From assembly GCA_963709405.1 (NCBI GenBank), contig CAVPXM010000091.1, forward strand, positions 1 to 30,696: 30,696 nt of DNA, read 5' to 3'. Of this stretch, positions 1 to 9,762 are shown piece after piece. The notes under the pieces were generated by a model. It made no database searches. It had not been told where the DNA came from and saw only the letters and a program-made list of their open reading frames with translations. Position 1 is the first letter of the stretch, and every line of letters starts with the position of its first letter. Position numbers and translations under genes: made by a program. The stretch is from an uncultured Nitrososphaerales archaeon. GTDB taxonomy: Archaea; Thermoproteota; Nitrososphaeria; Nitrososphaerales; Nitrososphaeraceae.

Positions 1-291
1 ATCGTTACGCTGATACTTTAAGAAAGAGCATATCTACACCATATTCTAAATAAATATATTGCTATTCAATATGATGTTAGGTTGCAATTAATACCCCTGA
101 CGTGCCCTCACCTCTAGGCGGACTCACGGTACTAGGTATAGAACGGCAATATCAAGACCAGGAAGACGATACTTGATCCAAGATTTAACAATAATTTTAA
201 TGAAAATCTTACAGTCTGGTGGAATTTAAGGAAGTAAAGACCCCTTATTTTTCTCGGCAAAAAAATGTGGCTTTTTAAGGCTCCAATTACT

Positions 292-1155
292 TCAAGACGG
301 CACTGTTGCATTTTGGGGTTGAGCCCCGGTTGCATTTTTGATTGGTATAGGTCCAGGCGCTGTTGCATTTTGGGGTTGAGCCCCGGTTGCATTTTTGATT
401 GGTATAGGTCCAGGCGCTGTTGCATTTTGGGGTTGAGCCCCGGTTGCATTTTTGATTGGTATAGGTCCAGGCGCTGTTGCATTTTGGGGTTGAGCCCCGG
501 TTGCATTTTTGATTGGTATAGGTCCAGGCGCTGTTGCATTTTGGGGTTGAGCCCCGGTTGCATTTTTGATTGGTATAGGTCCAGGCGCTGTTGCATTTTG
601 GGGTTGAGCCCCGGTTGCATTTTCAGGCAAATTCGGTGATAGCTTTCCTGCCACTATGCCAAGTGGAAATTTAATAGTGTCAATTCTTACAATCACATTT
701 CCAGCAAGGATATCTCTTACAAGAGATGGCATGTCATCCCCACGTCCACGAAGGAAATCAGCAGAGGTGAAATTTCCTACCAAAGACGCTGATTTCGCCT
801 GGCCACTCAATCCTTGCTGAGTACCACTCCTCAAGACGACTATATCAGTACATCTTCCTCCTGTCGAATGACACAGCGTCGCTCCTCTGACATTATCCAC
901 AGGGCCGCCTGTAATATTATAGGACATAGTTTTTCCATCACCTAATAAAGCAAGTTCTGCTCTTCCCGTAGCATTAGTCTTTACTGGAGGAAAAACATTA
1001 TCGCCAGTCAGTTTTGCAAAAAAATGTGGCCTACTCGTGTTAGATACGTCGCTAGATTGGGCGTATAATGCTGGAGACATATTAGTAACCGCAGTTGCAC
1101 TAATCATTGTCAGAGACATTAGGCTAGCCAACACTAGCAGCTTAGGAACATTCAT
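292..1155 (-). CDS. Secreted CHRD-domain protein with C-terminal 19-aa Pro/Gln/Asn-Ala-Thr repeat tail
   Basis: N-terminal hydrophobic signal peptide (MNVPKLLVLASLMSLTMISATA). CHRD-like motifs FFAKLTGDNVFPPVKTNATGRA ... LVRDILAGNVIVRIDTIKFPLGIVAGKL. Start uncertain (ATG 1155 or 1167, TTG 1197); a TATA-like run at ~1178-1186 favours 1155. Confidence 0.8.
   Translation of the reverse strand: MNVPKLLVLASLMSLTMISATAVTNMSPALYAQSSDVSNTSRPHFFAKLTGDNVFPPVKTNATGRAELALLGDGKTMSYNITGGPVDNVRGATLCHSTGGRCTDIVVLRSGTQQGLSGQAKSASLVGNFTSADFLRGRGDDMPSLVRDILAGNVIVRIDTIKFPLGIVAGKLSPNLPENATGAQPQNATAPGPIPIKNATGAQPQNATAPGPIPIKNATGAQPQNATAPGPIPIKNATGAQPQNATAPGPIPIKNATGAQPQNATAPGPIPIKNATGAQPQNATVPS
303..623. repeat. 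Perfect 57-bp tandem repeat, ~5.6 copies, coding NATGAQPQNATAPGPIPIK on the minus strand
   Basis: Unit ctgttgcattttggggttgagccccggttgcatttttgattggtataggtccaggcg starts at 303, 360, 417, 474 and 531, with a partial copy at 588. No spacers. Confidence 0.97.
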
Positions 1156-1313
1156 AGTCGAGTACATGGTTAGGTTACTATATATGCATATTGTCAATGT
1201 TCTGTCAGATTAGTCACAGGTTTTGCCGCATTAGTCCTATGTAGGGATAAATTTCAATCCCAGAAATATCACCTCCTGTAACGCTTTCGTTGTTTATCAT
1301 ATAATTTATTAAT

Positions 1314-1700
1314 ATGGTTAATCCTAAAAGTATTAGAAAATATGTCCAGGAGCGATTTTGAATTAAGCGCGGTATAGCAGTTTTAATAGCTGGTGGAGTT
1401 CTTCTACTGATTGGTTTAGCGGTGGTAATCCCTTCCCTCTCTTCCCTTCTCTCTGTAGCCGATTCACTACCCCCAATCTCAGCAAAAGATTTGATAAGAT
1501 CAAGTGTCGGAAACTTTGTTAAAGGCAACCAGACGGCTATCAAAGATACTCTGAAGAGTATAGGTTATGACATAGCACTTAGTTCCTTCGGGATTCTGGT
1601 AAGTATAATACTTGTAATTAATAGCATAATCGCCTTTGTGGGAGGGATTATCATAGTTATATATGACAGAAGATCTAAGAGCAAGCCTCTTACAAAATGA
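1314..1700 (+). pseudogene. Small two-TM membrane protein with in-frame TGA at codon 16 (or a shorter ORF from 1422)
   Basis: ATG 1314 is in frame with ORF 1422..1700 and reads MVNPKSIRKYVQERF*IKRGIAVLIAGGVLLLIGLAVVIPSL...; the TGA is at 1359-1361. Two hydrophobic helices. Confidence 0.5.
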
Positions 1701-1972
1701 AAACAACATTAGTAACACTGATTCGCGTAAGATAGGCAAACCTCGAGGCAAATAATTGTCTGGCTGCCTGATACAATGCTGGTAAGTGCAGTCTTGGACA
1801 CATATAAAAAAACATTTGCCCTGAAAAATACACAATCAGCAGACACACACTGCTATGGCCCACATGCTCATACAGTATGAAGGAATGTTTGCAAGTTAGA
1901 TCAATTGTTCAGTTAACAGGGCCGAATTCCCTTTCCGAAAGTATATTAACTACGTATACTTTCTTATAAATT

Positions 1973-2278
1973 ATGAGAGGGAGATGGGCTTCAGCAGCTA
2001 TAGGAGCAAGCGTAGCCAGAAGTCGCGCCGGCGCTCAGGCGAACCAACAGTCACAAGCAGCACAAGCTCAACAACAAGCAGCACAACAACAGATAGAAGC
2101 ACAGCAAAGGCAAATAGAAGCACTACAACAACAAAAACAACAACCACAAACCCAAACTCAACCACAGCAGGAAGATGTCACTCAGAAGTTGCAAAAATAT
2201 GCTGATCTCCACCAGAAAGGAATATTATCTGACGAGGAATTCCAGAAACTCAAGGCGGAATTGTTATCTAAGATTTAA
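1973..2278 (+). CDS. Gln-rich coiled-coil protein with C-terminal SHOCT domain
   Basis: C-terminal LQKYADLHQKGILSDEEFQKLKAELL is the SHOCT signature. Q/A-rich linker; TATA-like element ~30 nt upstream. Confidence 0.85.
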   Translation: MRGRWASAAIGASVARSRAGAQANQQSQAAQAQQQAAQQQIEAQQRQIEALQQQKQQPQTQTQPQQEDVTQKLQKYADLHQKGILSDEEFQKLKAELLSKI

Positions 2279-2280
2279 TC

Positions 2281-2314
2281 TAAAAGATTAGTTAGGCGAA
2301 CGGTTAATCTTTTA
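2281..2314. terminator. Inverted repeat/hairpin just after the SHOCT gene stop
   Basis: taaaagatta (2281-2290) and taatctttta (2305-2314) are perfect reverse complements. Confidence 0.35.
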
Positions 2315-2739
2315 ACTATAATTTTGTAATATTCATAACGCTATAAAAGTAGTTAACGCAATTTTTTAGAACAAGTTTGAAAATTCATCAAATAGGCTGT
2401 TGACTTTGATACTTCCATCTCTTTTTTAGTCCCGCCCTTGCGCATAAAAATAATTAGCATAGCCGTTTGTGAACAGTTCCTAGATTGCATAATCCCAGCT
2501 TTCTTGCACGGATAGTAACCACTAAATACTCTGGCTGGTTCTATATGGGATACTCGACAAAGATAAGGCTGAGAAGAACAGCTATCATTCAACATTTATA
2601 GCTAATTTGTCCAAATGGATGAAGAATAGTAGTGGGATGAGAATCATGGCTATATCACAAGTGTACTGGTATTAGATGAGTTGCTTCTAAAACGTGAATC
2701 GCAATATAAATAGAAAAGTAGTAACTTTCAAAACAATAA

Positions 2740-3132
2740 TTACTGGGCCAAGTCAGCCATGTTACATATTGTCCAGGCCTCCTTAATTTTGTCTCCCTCA
2801 AAATGAAGAATTTCAACTCCTTGTGTCTCAAACTTCTTATGAGTGGCAGAAAAGTCAGCAAAGTCCTTTTCATGTGTAGCTTTTAAGGTCCATCTTATGG
2901 CAACTTTGTTCTCTTCTCCAAAGTCATCTAGTATTGTGACCTTCATATCTGGAAATGCGGAGAGATCTTCGGCCACCCACTGTTTGAAATTTTCAAGACC
3001 ACTAACCTCCTCAGCCATCCCATGGTAATTTATATCAGGCGTAAGGTAGTTCTTTGCCATCTCTGTTTTCCTGCCATTAAATATATCTTCAATAAATCTT
3101 CGAGCTATTGTCTTGTATTGGGTATTGGACAT
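2740..3132 (-). CDS. SnoaL-like polyketide cyclase / ester cyclase family protein (NTF2-like fold)
   Basis: Motifs AFPDMKVTILDDFGEENKVAIRWTLKATH and GVEILHFEGDKIKEAW are typical of SnoaL-like proteins. Confidence 0.88.
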   Translation of the reverse strand: MSNTQYKTIARRFIEDIFNGRKTEMAKNYLTPDINYHGMAEEVSGLENFKQWVAEDLSAFPDMKVTILDDFGEENKVAIRWTLKATHEKDFADFSATHKKFETQGVEILHFEGDKIKEAWTICNMADLAQ

Positions 3133-3599
3133 ATCCTATAACGATCATACGTTACCATTAAGCTTTGCTATGTATTTACTGAAAGTTTGGTCAAAATCCA
3201 GAAATGTAATACAAAGGAGATGAAAGAAACAAGCAGGACTAGAACTAGAAAACAAGAGGAGATGATAAAATATCATATCCTATCAAGGTAGGAATTGGTA
3301 TATTTGGTATGATATGTATCACCATAACAATAGTGGGATACGAAAACCTCAAAATAAAAGTAAAAACCGTGATGTAAGCCATACTATGATCAATTATGTA
3401 AGAGATTTGATTGGATTCGATAGACTCGACTTGATCAAGAGTCTGTCAAGCACTTTGGAGAGGTGCTTGTCGGAATTCTCGAAAGTCTAGCAAACCAAGA
3501 TCATTTATGAAATAACCTATCGCTTTCTCATGGTCCTTTATGTCTAACTGCTTTTTTCATGCCAGGTCGAGATTATTAATCATTTTCGTAAACATGCCA

Positions 3600-4132
3600 T
3601 AGCCCATTTCCAATCTATAATAATTCCTACCCTGGCTAAAGCCGTCTTTTAGTAGCTCTTTATGCCAGATGCAGTCCGCGACTGAAATTAAGATAACGTC
3701 CATATCTTAAATTATAGGCATCACTTAAAGACGTTCCCGCACATATCAAAGTACCAACACGGGGGAACACTAATACATTTATTCGAACAGTCTGTAACCA
3801 TACTCTTAGTTCTGTATCTTGAAATGCCGAATCTCTTCGCTTTATGATTACGTGATCGTCTTCTTTAGTTTTTATCTTATTAATAGTTTGGGCATCCGAT
3901 GTTCCCTTTACGGAGATAGGACCTTCAATCTTTTCTTCCCTAGATTTAGGTAACAGCGCATGCATTTTTATCGGAAGATCTATCCCACTAGCTTCCCGAA
4001 CCACTTCGGTGTAAAAGACCGGAATATCAAGTGATTTACATAGACCAATAAGATCCTTTACCTTAGGAATAATTTCTCGATAAAGTGGAGCGTTGTGAAG
4101 CCATTCTGCATATCCACAACAATACGACCCAT
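3600..4132 (-). pseudogene. Isochorismatase / cysteine hydrolase family pseudogene
   Basis: MGRIVVDMQNGF from ATG 4132, then a frame change to YREIIPKVKDLIGLCKSLDIPVFYTE...DHVIIKRRDSAFQDTEL..., then further shifts giving YDVILIS.ATAS. Multiple frameshifts and stops; 3' boundary approximate. Confidence 0.8.
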
Positions 4133-4948
4133 GTTAATTTTAATATCTCCAACCTGTGCCTCAAATATGTCACTAATATTCATAAGGTGAATATACATTA
4201 TTTATCAAACCATTAAATTCTAAACATAATTATATATTAGCAAATAGAAGGTATGGATAATTCATAGATGTCGAATATAAGAGCCAACATAAAACTATCC
4301 ACACTCCGTATGCACCTATGAGATCATTGAAGACTATTATCTTGATGTTTATTGAAGAAATTATCTTAGTAACTACAACAAAACGGCAAGCTTTTCGTTA
4401 AATTGTCCAATTTTTTAGTATCACCAATATCCACTCCCCACTTGGAGACACTCCCAACTTCACGCCTTGCAAGATCATGCACTAGTACCTAATTTCATAT
4501 GGTTACACTTCGCAATACGGAGAGTGCATAGTCTGTAATAAGAGGACCACCCATAGTCGTCTTAGACGTAATCATTGTTAATCGTGTCATTTCAAGATCG
4601 CGCGCCATACCAGGATTCCACAATTAAGGCCACTACCAACCCTACAATTCCTATGGTTATGAGCAAGTTCGAGCCTTTAGTGTTCTTCCGCAGATTCTTT
4701 AGCAACATCCGCTCTGTACTTAAAGATCATTTCAGATAGTATGGGGCATAAACGAATCGAGTTCCGCTCATGGAAGAGGATCACTCGCCATTGGAAATCA
4801 CATTCAGTTTCCTAATGGGGTTCGAAATGTTATAATGGAGTCTCATTCTTATCTAGTCAGGACTTTTGCAGTTATTAGTTTCGCCCTAGATTCATATATG
4901 TTAAGGAATAGCCGTCGACAATAAAGAAACGAAGAAGAAATCGAATAT

Positions 4949-4957
4949 CTTAAATAA
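4949..4957 (+). promoter_or_regulatory. Archaeal TATA box upstream of mscL (probably leaderless transcript)
   Basis: cttaaataa ~27-34 nt upstream of ATG 4983, with purine-rich sequence 5' of it. Confidence 0.45.
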
Positions 4958-4982
4958 CGGGCGTTCCGGACCTACAATATTT

Positions 4983-5348
4983 ATGACTGCAAGTCCCGAT
5001 GTTAAGAAAAGAACATTTACTCAAGAGTTCATGGACTTCTTGAAGACTTTTGGAGTCATTGGACTTGCTATTGCCTTCGTAATAGGAGTGGCAGCTTCTG
5101 CATTAGTAAACTCATTAGTTAAGGATATAATCGATCCCTTGATAGGCCTGTTTCTTCCTGCTGGTAGCTTAGCAGCATTAACAGTAACAGTTCCAAATCT
5201 AGCGGGAACAACTACTGTATTCAGATATGGCGATCTTATTTCGAATATCATTAACTTCTTGGTCATAGCCATGGTCGTATTTCTTGCATACAAGCAGCTT
5301 TCAAAGTATAACCTAGTAGAGGATAAGACAAAGGGAGAAAAGAAATAA
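4983..5348 (+). CDS. mscL: Large-conductance mechanosensitive channel MscL
   Basis: EFMDFLKTFGVIGLAIAFVIGVAASALVNSLVKDIIDPLIG and YGDLISNIINFLVIAMVVF match MscL TM1 and TM2. Confidence 0.93.
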   Translation: MTASPDVKKRTFTQEFMDFLKTFGVIGLAIAFVIGVAASALVNSLVKDIIDPLIGLFLPAGSLAALTVTVPNLAGTTTVFRYGDLISNIINFLVIAMVVFLAYKQLSKYNLVEDKTKGEKK

Positions 5349-5537
5349 CGTATTCTTAAGCTGACCTCAAAATATCCATTGAATATATCTTTATGTTAAT
5401 TTTATAAACAATAACATCCTTTACAGAATTAAACACATATTCACCTGATCAAATGTTCGCTTCTGATAGAGTTATTATAAATCCTATTACAAATGTAATT
5501 GTATAATCTTAATTATACAATATAGATTGATAAATAG

Positions 5538-6207
5538 CTAGATGAATGCTGAAGCCAGCTCAGAGATTTTTTCTTGCCACGAACTTGCTTTTATTACGCC
5601 ACTTGCAACGAGAATACCTTGTGCGCCTAGTTCTAGCGCCTTGGTAACATCCGATTTATCTACTATTCCTGCACCACAAATAATCCTTACAGAATCAGAA
5701 CTGTCAGAAACCGCCTTTACCGAACTTGAAACTATTTCGGGAGCCTCCTTAGATATAGCTTTACCACTGCCAATTAACTCTGGTGGTTCTATTGCAACGA
5801 AATCAGGATTAGCCTTTGCTATTTCTGCAACCTCCACAGGGGTTCTTGCGCATACTACAGATATCATATCGAGTTTCTTTAGCATATGAACTAAATTCCT
5901 TATGCTTTTCATATCTATCCTGTGTTCACTATGATTTATCAGAGATCCGACACTACCATAAGATTTGGCCATCTCTGGTATAAAGAAGCCCGTCGTAGAG
6001 CCAGGATTGGCGTCATCAACATGCTGACAAATCACTGGAATATCTATATTATTTGTCACAGCCCACAGAGATGCTTGCGGGGGAGCTACAACTATCTCAA
6101 CTCCCAAATTGTTGGCTCACTTTTTCTGCAGCCTTTGCAAGCTCTATGGTATTATTGCCGGAGATTTCCAAGTAGTTCTTAAAATTTAAAATTAATGGAT
6201 TATTCAA
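5538..6207 (-). CDS. tpiA: Archaeal triosephosphate isomerase, interrupted by a 1-nt insertion near 6105-6117
   Basis: TTG 6207 gives (M)NNPLILNFKNYLEISG...AAEKVSQQFGS*. The +1 frame continues GVEIVVAPP...GSLINHSEHR...AIEPPELIGSG...CGAGI...GILVASGVIKA. Catalytic K, H and E motifs are present. Confidence 0.93.
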
Positions 6208-6338
6208 ATTAGTTTATGGATTTGTTCTTTTCCTTATTATCTTATCTAAAATACCGTAGATGTACATCTAAAACTTCTATACCATAGGCTAACGGACGTC
6301 TCTGCCGTCCAAATTAATTTGTTCTCATGTGCTTTCTT

Positions 6339-7451
6339 TTATTTTGCTGGGCTGGTAGTGTGATCAATATCTTTGAATTTTTTATTCAGCTTGGCCATCC
6401 TTGCTTCATAACCCTTGTTGTACTCCAGCTCATCAGGTACCAGTGTTGCAGGATGGATAAAGCCTTGATTTCGGATGATCATCGCCCTCTCTGCGGCCCA
6501 CATTCTCTGAAGATCCCAGTCAGCAGTACCAAATCCATCGTGAGGACCTGTGAATTTACCGTTATGCATACTGAACACAAGACAAGATACTATAGGTATA
6601 GCATAGTTTAGGCTTGCAGGTGAATTCAGTTTAACCGGCATGAGCGGCATGTGGTGGCTCCCACGAGTGTTACCAGCTACGAAATGTGGATTGTTAAACG
6701 CACTTCCAGCCTCTTCAGTTGCAGGAAAGTTCTTTTGAGTTCTCACTATTGCGATCGGGTCATCCTTTCCTACATATGTACCTGCAATATTATGCAGTCT
6801 ATCCGTTGATGCTGATACTATAAGGTCTCCGTCTGAAGATACAACAGAGTGAACTACGTATCGTCCAGGATACATAAGTGCTGCTTCAAGCTCCGGTTTG
6901 TCTTCCCACATTTTGAGATCTGCAATCTTCGCTGCTATAACGTCCATGATTCTAAACGTTACTCCTGATGCTAACTGTTCATTTATTAGAAGCCCGGTAT
7001 TACTTCTAGCATCTACAAACATGCGCCATAGAGGAAAGTTGAATGCGCCTGGTTCTGTCTTGTCAGCTGCAAATATACAGAATACCTCGCTTGGACGCTC
7101 CTCCATTTCAATCTCTGCGACGCCAGGACCCATGCCTCTTACGTTACCTGAAAATGCATCCTTCAAAAGATCTTGCCCTGCACCATACAAACCCTGGTCT
7201 TTTGCAACTTTAGTTCCCTCAGTGAATGCATCCCAAGCTAATTGATGAATTTGTTTATTATCGATCCCGAGGGTATGAGTCATGATTATGTGTATATCAT
7301 CACCAGTGAAGCCAATATAGTGATCAATTAGCATTCTTTTCGATTTGGATGAAACATGTTCTTTTACTTTTTGAATCAGTTCCAGACTAGGACACGTATG
7401 ACCTCCAATTGCTCCAATGTCAGCCTTGATTGCAGATAATGTGATTTTCAT
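6339..7451 (-). CDS. fbp: Bifunctional fructose-1,6-bisphosphate aldolase/phosphatase (class V FBPase)
   Basis: KADIGAIGGH, GDDIHIIMTH, GLYGAGQDLLKDAFSGNVRGMGP, ADKTEPGAFN, RLHNIAGTYVGKDDP, RGSHHMPLMP. Confidence 0.97.
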   Translation of the reverse strand: MKITLSAIKADIGAIGGHTCPSLELIQKVKEHVSSKSKRMLIDHYIGFTGDDIHIIMTHTLGIDNKQIHQLAWDAFTEGTKVAKDQGLYGAGQDLLKDAFSGNVRGMGPGVAEIEMEERPSEVFCIFAADKTEPGAFNFPLWRMFVDARSNTGLLINEQLASGVTFRIMDVIAAKIADLKMWEDKPELEAALMYPGRYVVHSVVSSDGDLIVSASTDRLHNIAGTYVGKDDPIAIVRTQKNFPATEEAGSAFNNPHFVAGNTRGSHHMPLMPVKLNSPASLNYAIPIVSCLVFSMHNGKFTGPHDGFGTADWDLQRMWAAERAMIIRNQGFIHPATLVPDELEYNKGYEARMAKLNKKFKDIDHTTSPAK

Positions 7452-8057
7452 ATTTCTTAATACTGAGTGTTGTTTTGGGTCTGCTTCTTAAAACTTTTAC
7501 GACGATCAATTTCCAAATATTAAGTAAGGGTATTCCAGAATTTCATATCTTATTGTCATTATATTCAATGTTTGACAAATTTCGAAAAAAATTTAATCAT
7601 AATATGTACCAAAGAGGATAAAAAGGATATTGAAGGCATAATCCTCGATTCAAAGAAGAGATTTAAGCTTTATCAGCAACTATTAGCAATCTGAGAGATA
7701 GCGACCCCATATTAGATTAGATTAGAATAGAACAGTTTATTTATCTGGGATATGTTTTTATTGAAAATCAATACTGATGCTCAGATTAATGACATATTAT
7801 CGTTTAAAATTATACGAAACTAGATTTGAGAATCTACTTTCATAATTCTTAATTAAAGGTATTTTGACAGTCTCTCTCAAATTCTTTCATGGTTCAAGAC
7901 TGCGGCCATGTAGAGTTGAATGAGGAAATTGCGAATTGATATTTGATCGGAAGTAGGAAAAAATACTAGCATCTTCATTTCCGCTAGTAAAGGTGCTAAA
8001 TATCAAGCCGTAATAATTCTATCTTCCTATTGTATAACATTAGTATATATTTCAAAG

Positions 8058-8366
8058 TTAGGACCAACCAACAAAGTACTTGTATCTTTTCTCTACATCC
8101 TTGTTGTTTCCCTCGAGTACTTTCTTTGCTTCTGCCTCCAGCCGGTTGTTAGCGTAGTCCTTAAATCTCTCTGTCTCCTCATTATCGGGAAATTTTGATA
8201 GGGAATATTGAAAATGATTCATAAACTCGACTGCTTTACTGCGGAATTCTTCTTTCGTAGGTTTTGACTTCCTTGACAGTTTGAACCATGTCGAAGCACA
8301 TGCCGTAGAATAAATCTTCGCCAAGTCTTCTATTAAACGGTCTATCTCAAAAAAATCTTGCATCAT
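8058..8366 (-). CDS. Hypothetical protein (helical, thaumarchaeal-type)
   Basis: Clean 102-aa ORF with ATG, normal composition and a TATA-like element ~25-30 nt upstream. No recognisable family motif. Confidence 0.75.
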   Translation of the reverse strand: MMQDFFEIDRLIEDLAKIYSTACASTWFKLSRKSKPTKEEFRSKAVEFMNHFQYSLSKFPDNEETERFKDYANNRLEAEAKKVLEGNNKDVEKRYKYFVGWS

Positions 8367-8626
8367 TTGTAATCAATAAAAAAGGCGGCTTATAAGATTA
8401 ATCGTATATATATAAGAAATTTTTGACGTCAATGGAGCTACCTCTTAGAAGCACAAATACTATCTATCTACCAAATGCATTGAAAGTTTGCTAGCTAGCC
8501 TCCATTACCTTTGTGCCCAGAACTCCAATGAATATTTGGTGGCGTTTGCAAGGCCGATGCTAAATAGGGCTGATTGTTCATTTAGGATAATGCAATTATT
8601 TCCTTATTTCTACAGATCGGCTCCGA

Positions 8627-9571
8627 CTATTTTGTTTTATATTTGTGCGCGAGTATTCTAAAGAGGGTTTGTGTTGCAAGAACTCCTTCTCGAAGGTCAT
8701 TATTTTTTATGCCTACTTCTACAATATCTACTCCTACGAGTCTCGAAGACTGACTTATACTTTTGATTATTCTTAGAACCTGGAATGGGTCTAACCCGTA
8801 CGGTTCTGGTGTTCCGGTGCACGGTACATACGGCAGATCGTAGACATCTATGTCAAAAGATATGTAGATATTTTTATTCCTAGTAGTCTTTTGCAAATAC
8901 TCTAGAAGTTCTTCTATTTCATAATGGATATCCCAGGCATCAAAGGTCGTCACGCCGTAGGTGCTAGCTATCTTATTCTCATTGCTATCAGCTTGTCTAA
9001 TCCCTATCTGGATGATATTTTCTCCAGAAACGTATCCTTCATTCATAAGATGGTAAAAAGGCGTCGTATGACATATTCTGAGACCATCATATTCAGGTTT
9101 CATATCCCTGTGGGCATCGAAATGAATTAGAATTGGATTTGCGTTAGATAGCTCTTTTATCTGAAAATATGAGACAGTGTGCTCGCCTCCTAATAGTACA
9201 GGAACTTTATTCATATCATATACCGATCTGGACACCTCGGAAATCTTTTCATCCAAATACTTGAAGGTGGATTTTATGTAACTATCTATCTTTCCTCTCC
9301 GTGTAGGAATCTTGATGTCGCCTAAATCGTAGATCCTGGCTCTATCGTAAATATCCACCTTCTCATCGAAAACTAAGGTTTCGGTTTGGAGAGCGGATGT
9401 AATTCGTATTGCCTCTGGACCTCTTGCAGTACCCTTTCCAAAACTGGTAGTTAGGTCCAATGGTACTCCGTAAAATACCACCTGAGCTTCATTGAGTGTA
9501 ACCTGTTGCGGAATATCTGCGAATCCATATCCTGCATCTGTTTTCTCGGGTATGATAAATATTGAATCCAT
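8627..9571 (-). CDS. Ureohydrolase (agmatinase/arginase family)
   Basis: GVPLDLTTSFGKGTARGPEAIR, GGEHT, HFDAHRD, QIGIR, SFDIDVYD, TGTPEPYG, DIVEV. Likely start ATG 9571 (track starts at TTG 9598). Confidence 0.92.
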   Translation of the reverse strand: MDSIFIIPEKTDAGYGFADIPQQVTLNEAQVVFYGVPLDLTTSFGKGTARGPEAIRITSALQTETLVFDEKVDIYDRARIYDLGDIKIPTRRGKIDSYIKSTFKYLDEKISEVSRSVYDMNKVPVLLGGEHTVSYFQIKELSNANPILIHFDAHRDMKPEYDGLRICHTTPFYHLMNEGYVSGENIIQIGIRQADSNENKIASTYGVTTFDAWDIHYEIEELLEYLQKTTRNKNIYISFDIDVYDLPYVPCTGTPEPYGLDPFQVLRIIKSISQSSRLVGVDIVEVGIKNNDLREGVLATQTLFRILAHKYKTK

Positions 9572-9762
9572 CTCTTCAAAAGTCAAATTCAAGTACAAGA
9601 ATAATTTTCAAAGATTAAATGGTTTTGCCATAGACACTCGTTAAGATTACTGCCATTGAATTCATTTATGTCTAAATAACCCCCATAATTATTCATAGCC
9701 ATAATATGGATATACCGAAAGTTATTGAGATAAATAACTTTAGCTATTCGGATAATATTTAT

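Noticed and set aside
303-623. Possible CRISPR array
   Set aside because: Units are contiguous and identical with no unique spacers, the length is a multiple of 3, and it lies in frame inside a protein gene.
132-639. ORFs 132..620(-) and Cys-rich 265..639(+)
   Set aside because: Shadow frames kept open by the stop-free 57-bp repeat; the CHRD frame explains the region.
2353-2595. 80-aa minus-strand ORF
   Set aside because: No family motif and atypical composition; cannot be supported as a gene.
6494-6505. 12-nt match (cggcccacattc) to the tRNA-Ile 3' end/flank at 28514-28525 as a possible att site
   Set aside because: It lies inside the intact fbp coding sequence and would bracket core genes; a short match is compatible with chance.
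7452-8057. Long AT-rich intergenic region with short attag repeats as a replication origin
   Set aside because: No ORB-like repeats recognised and no cdc6/orc1 nearby.
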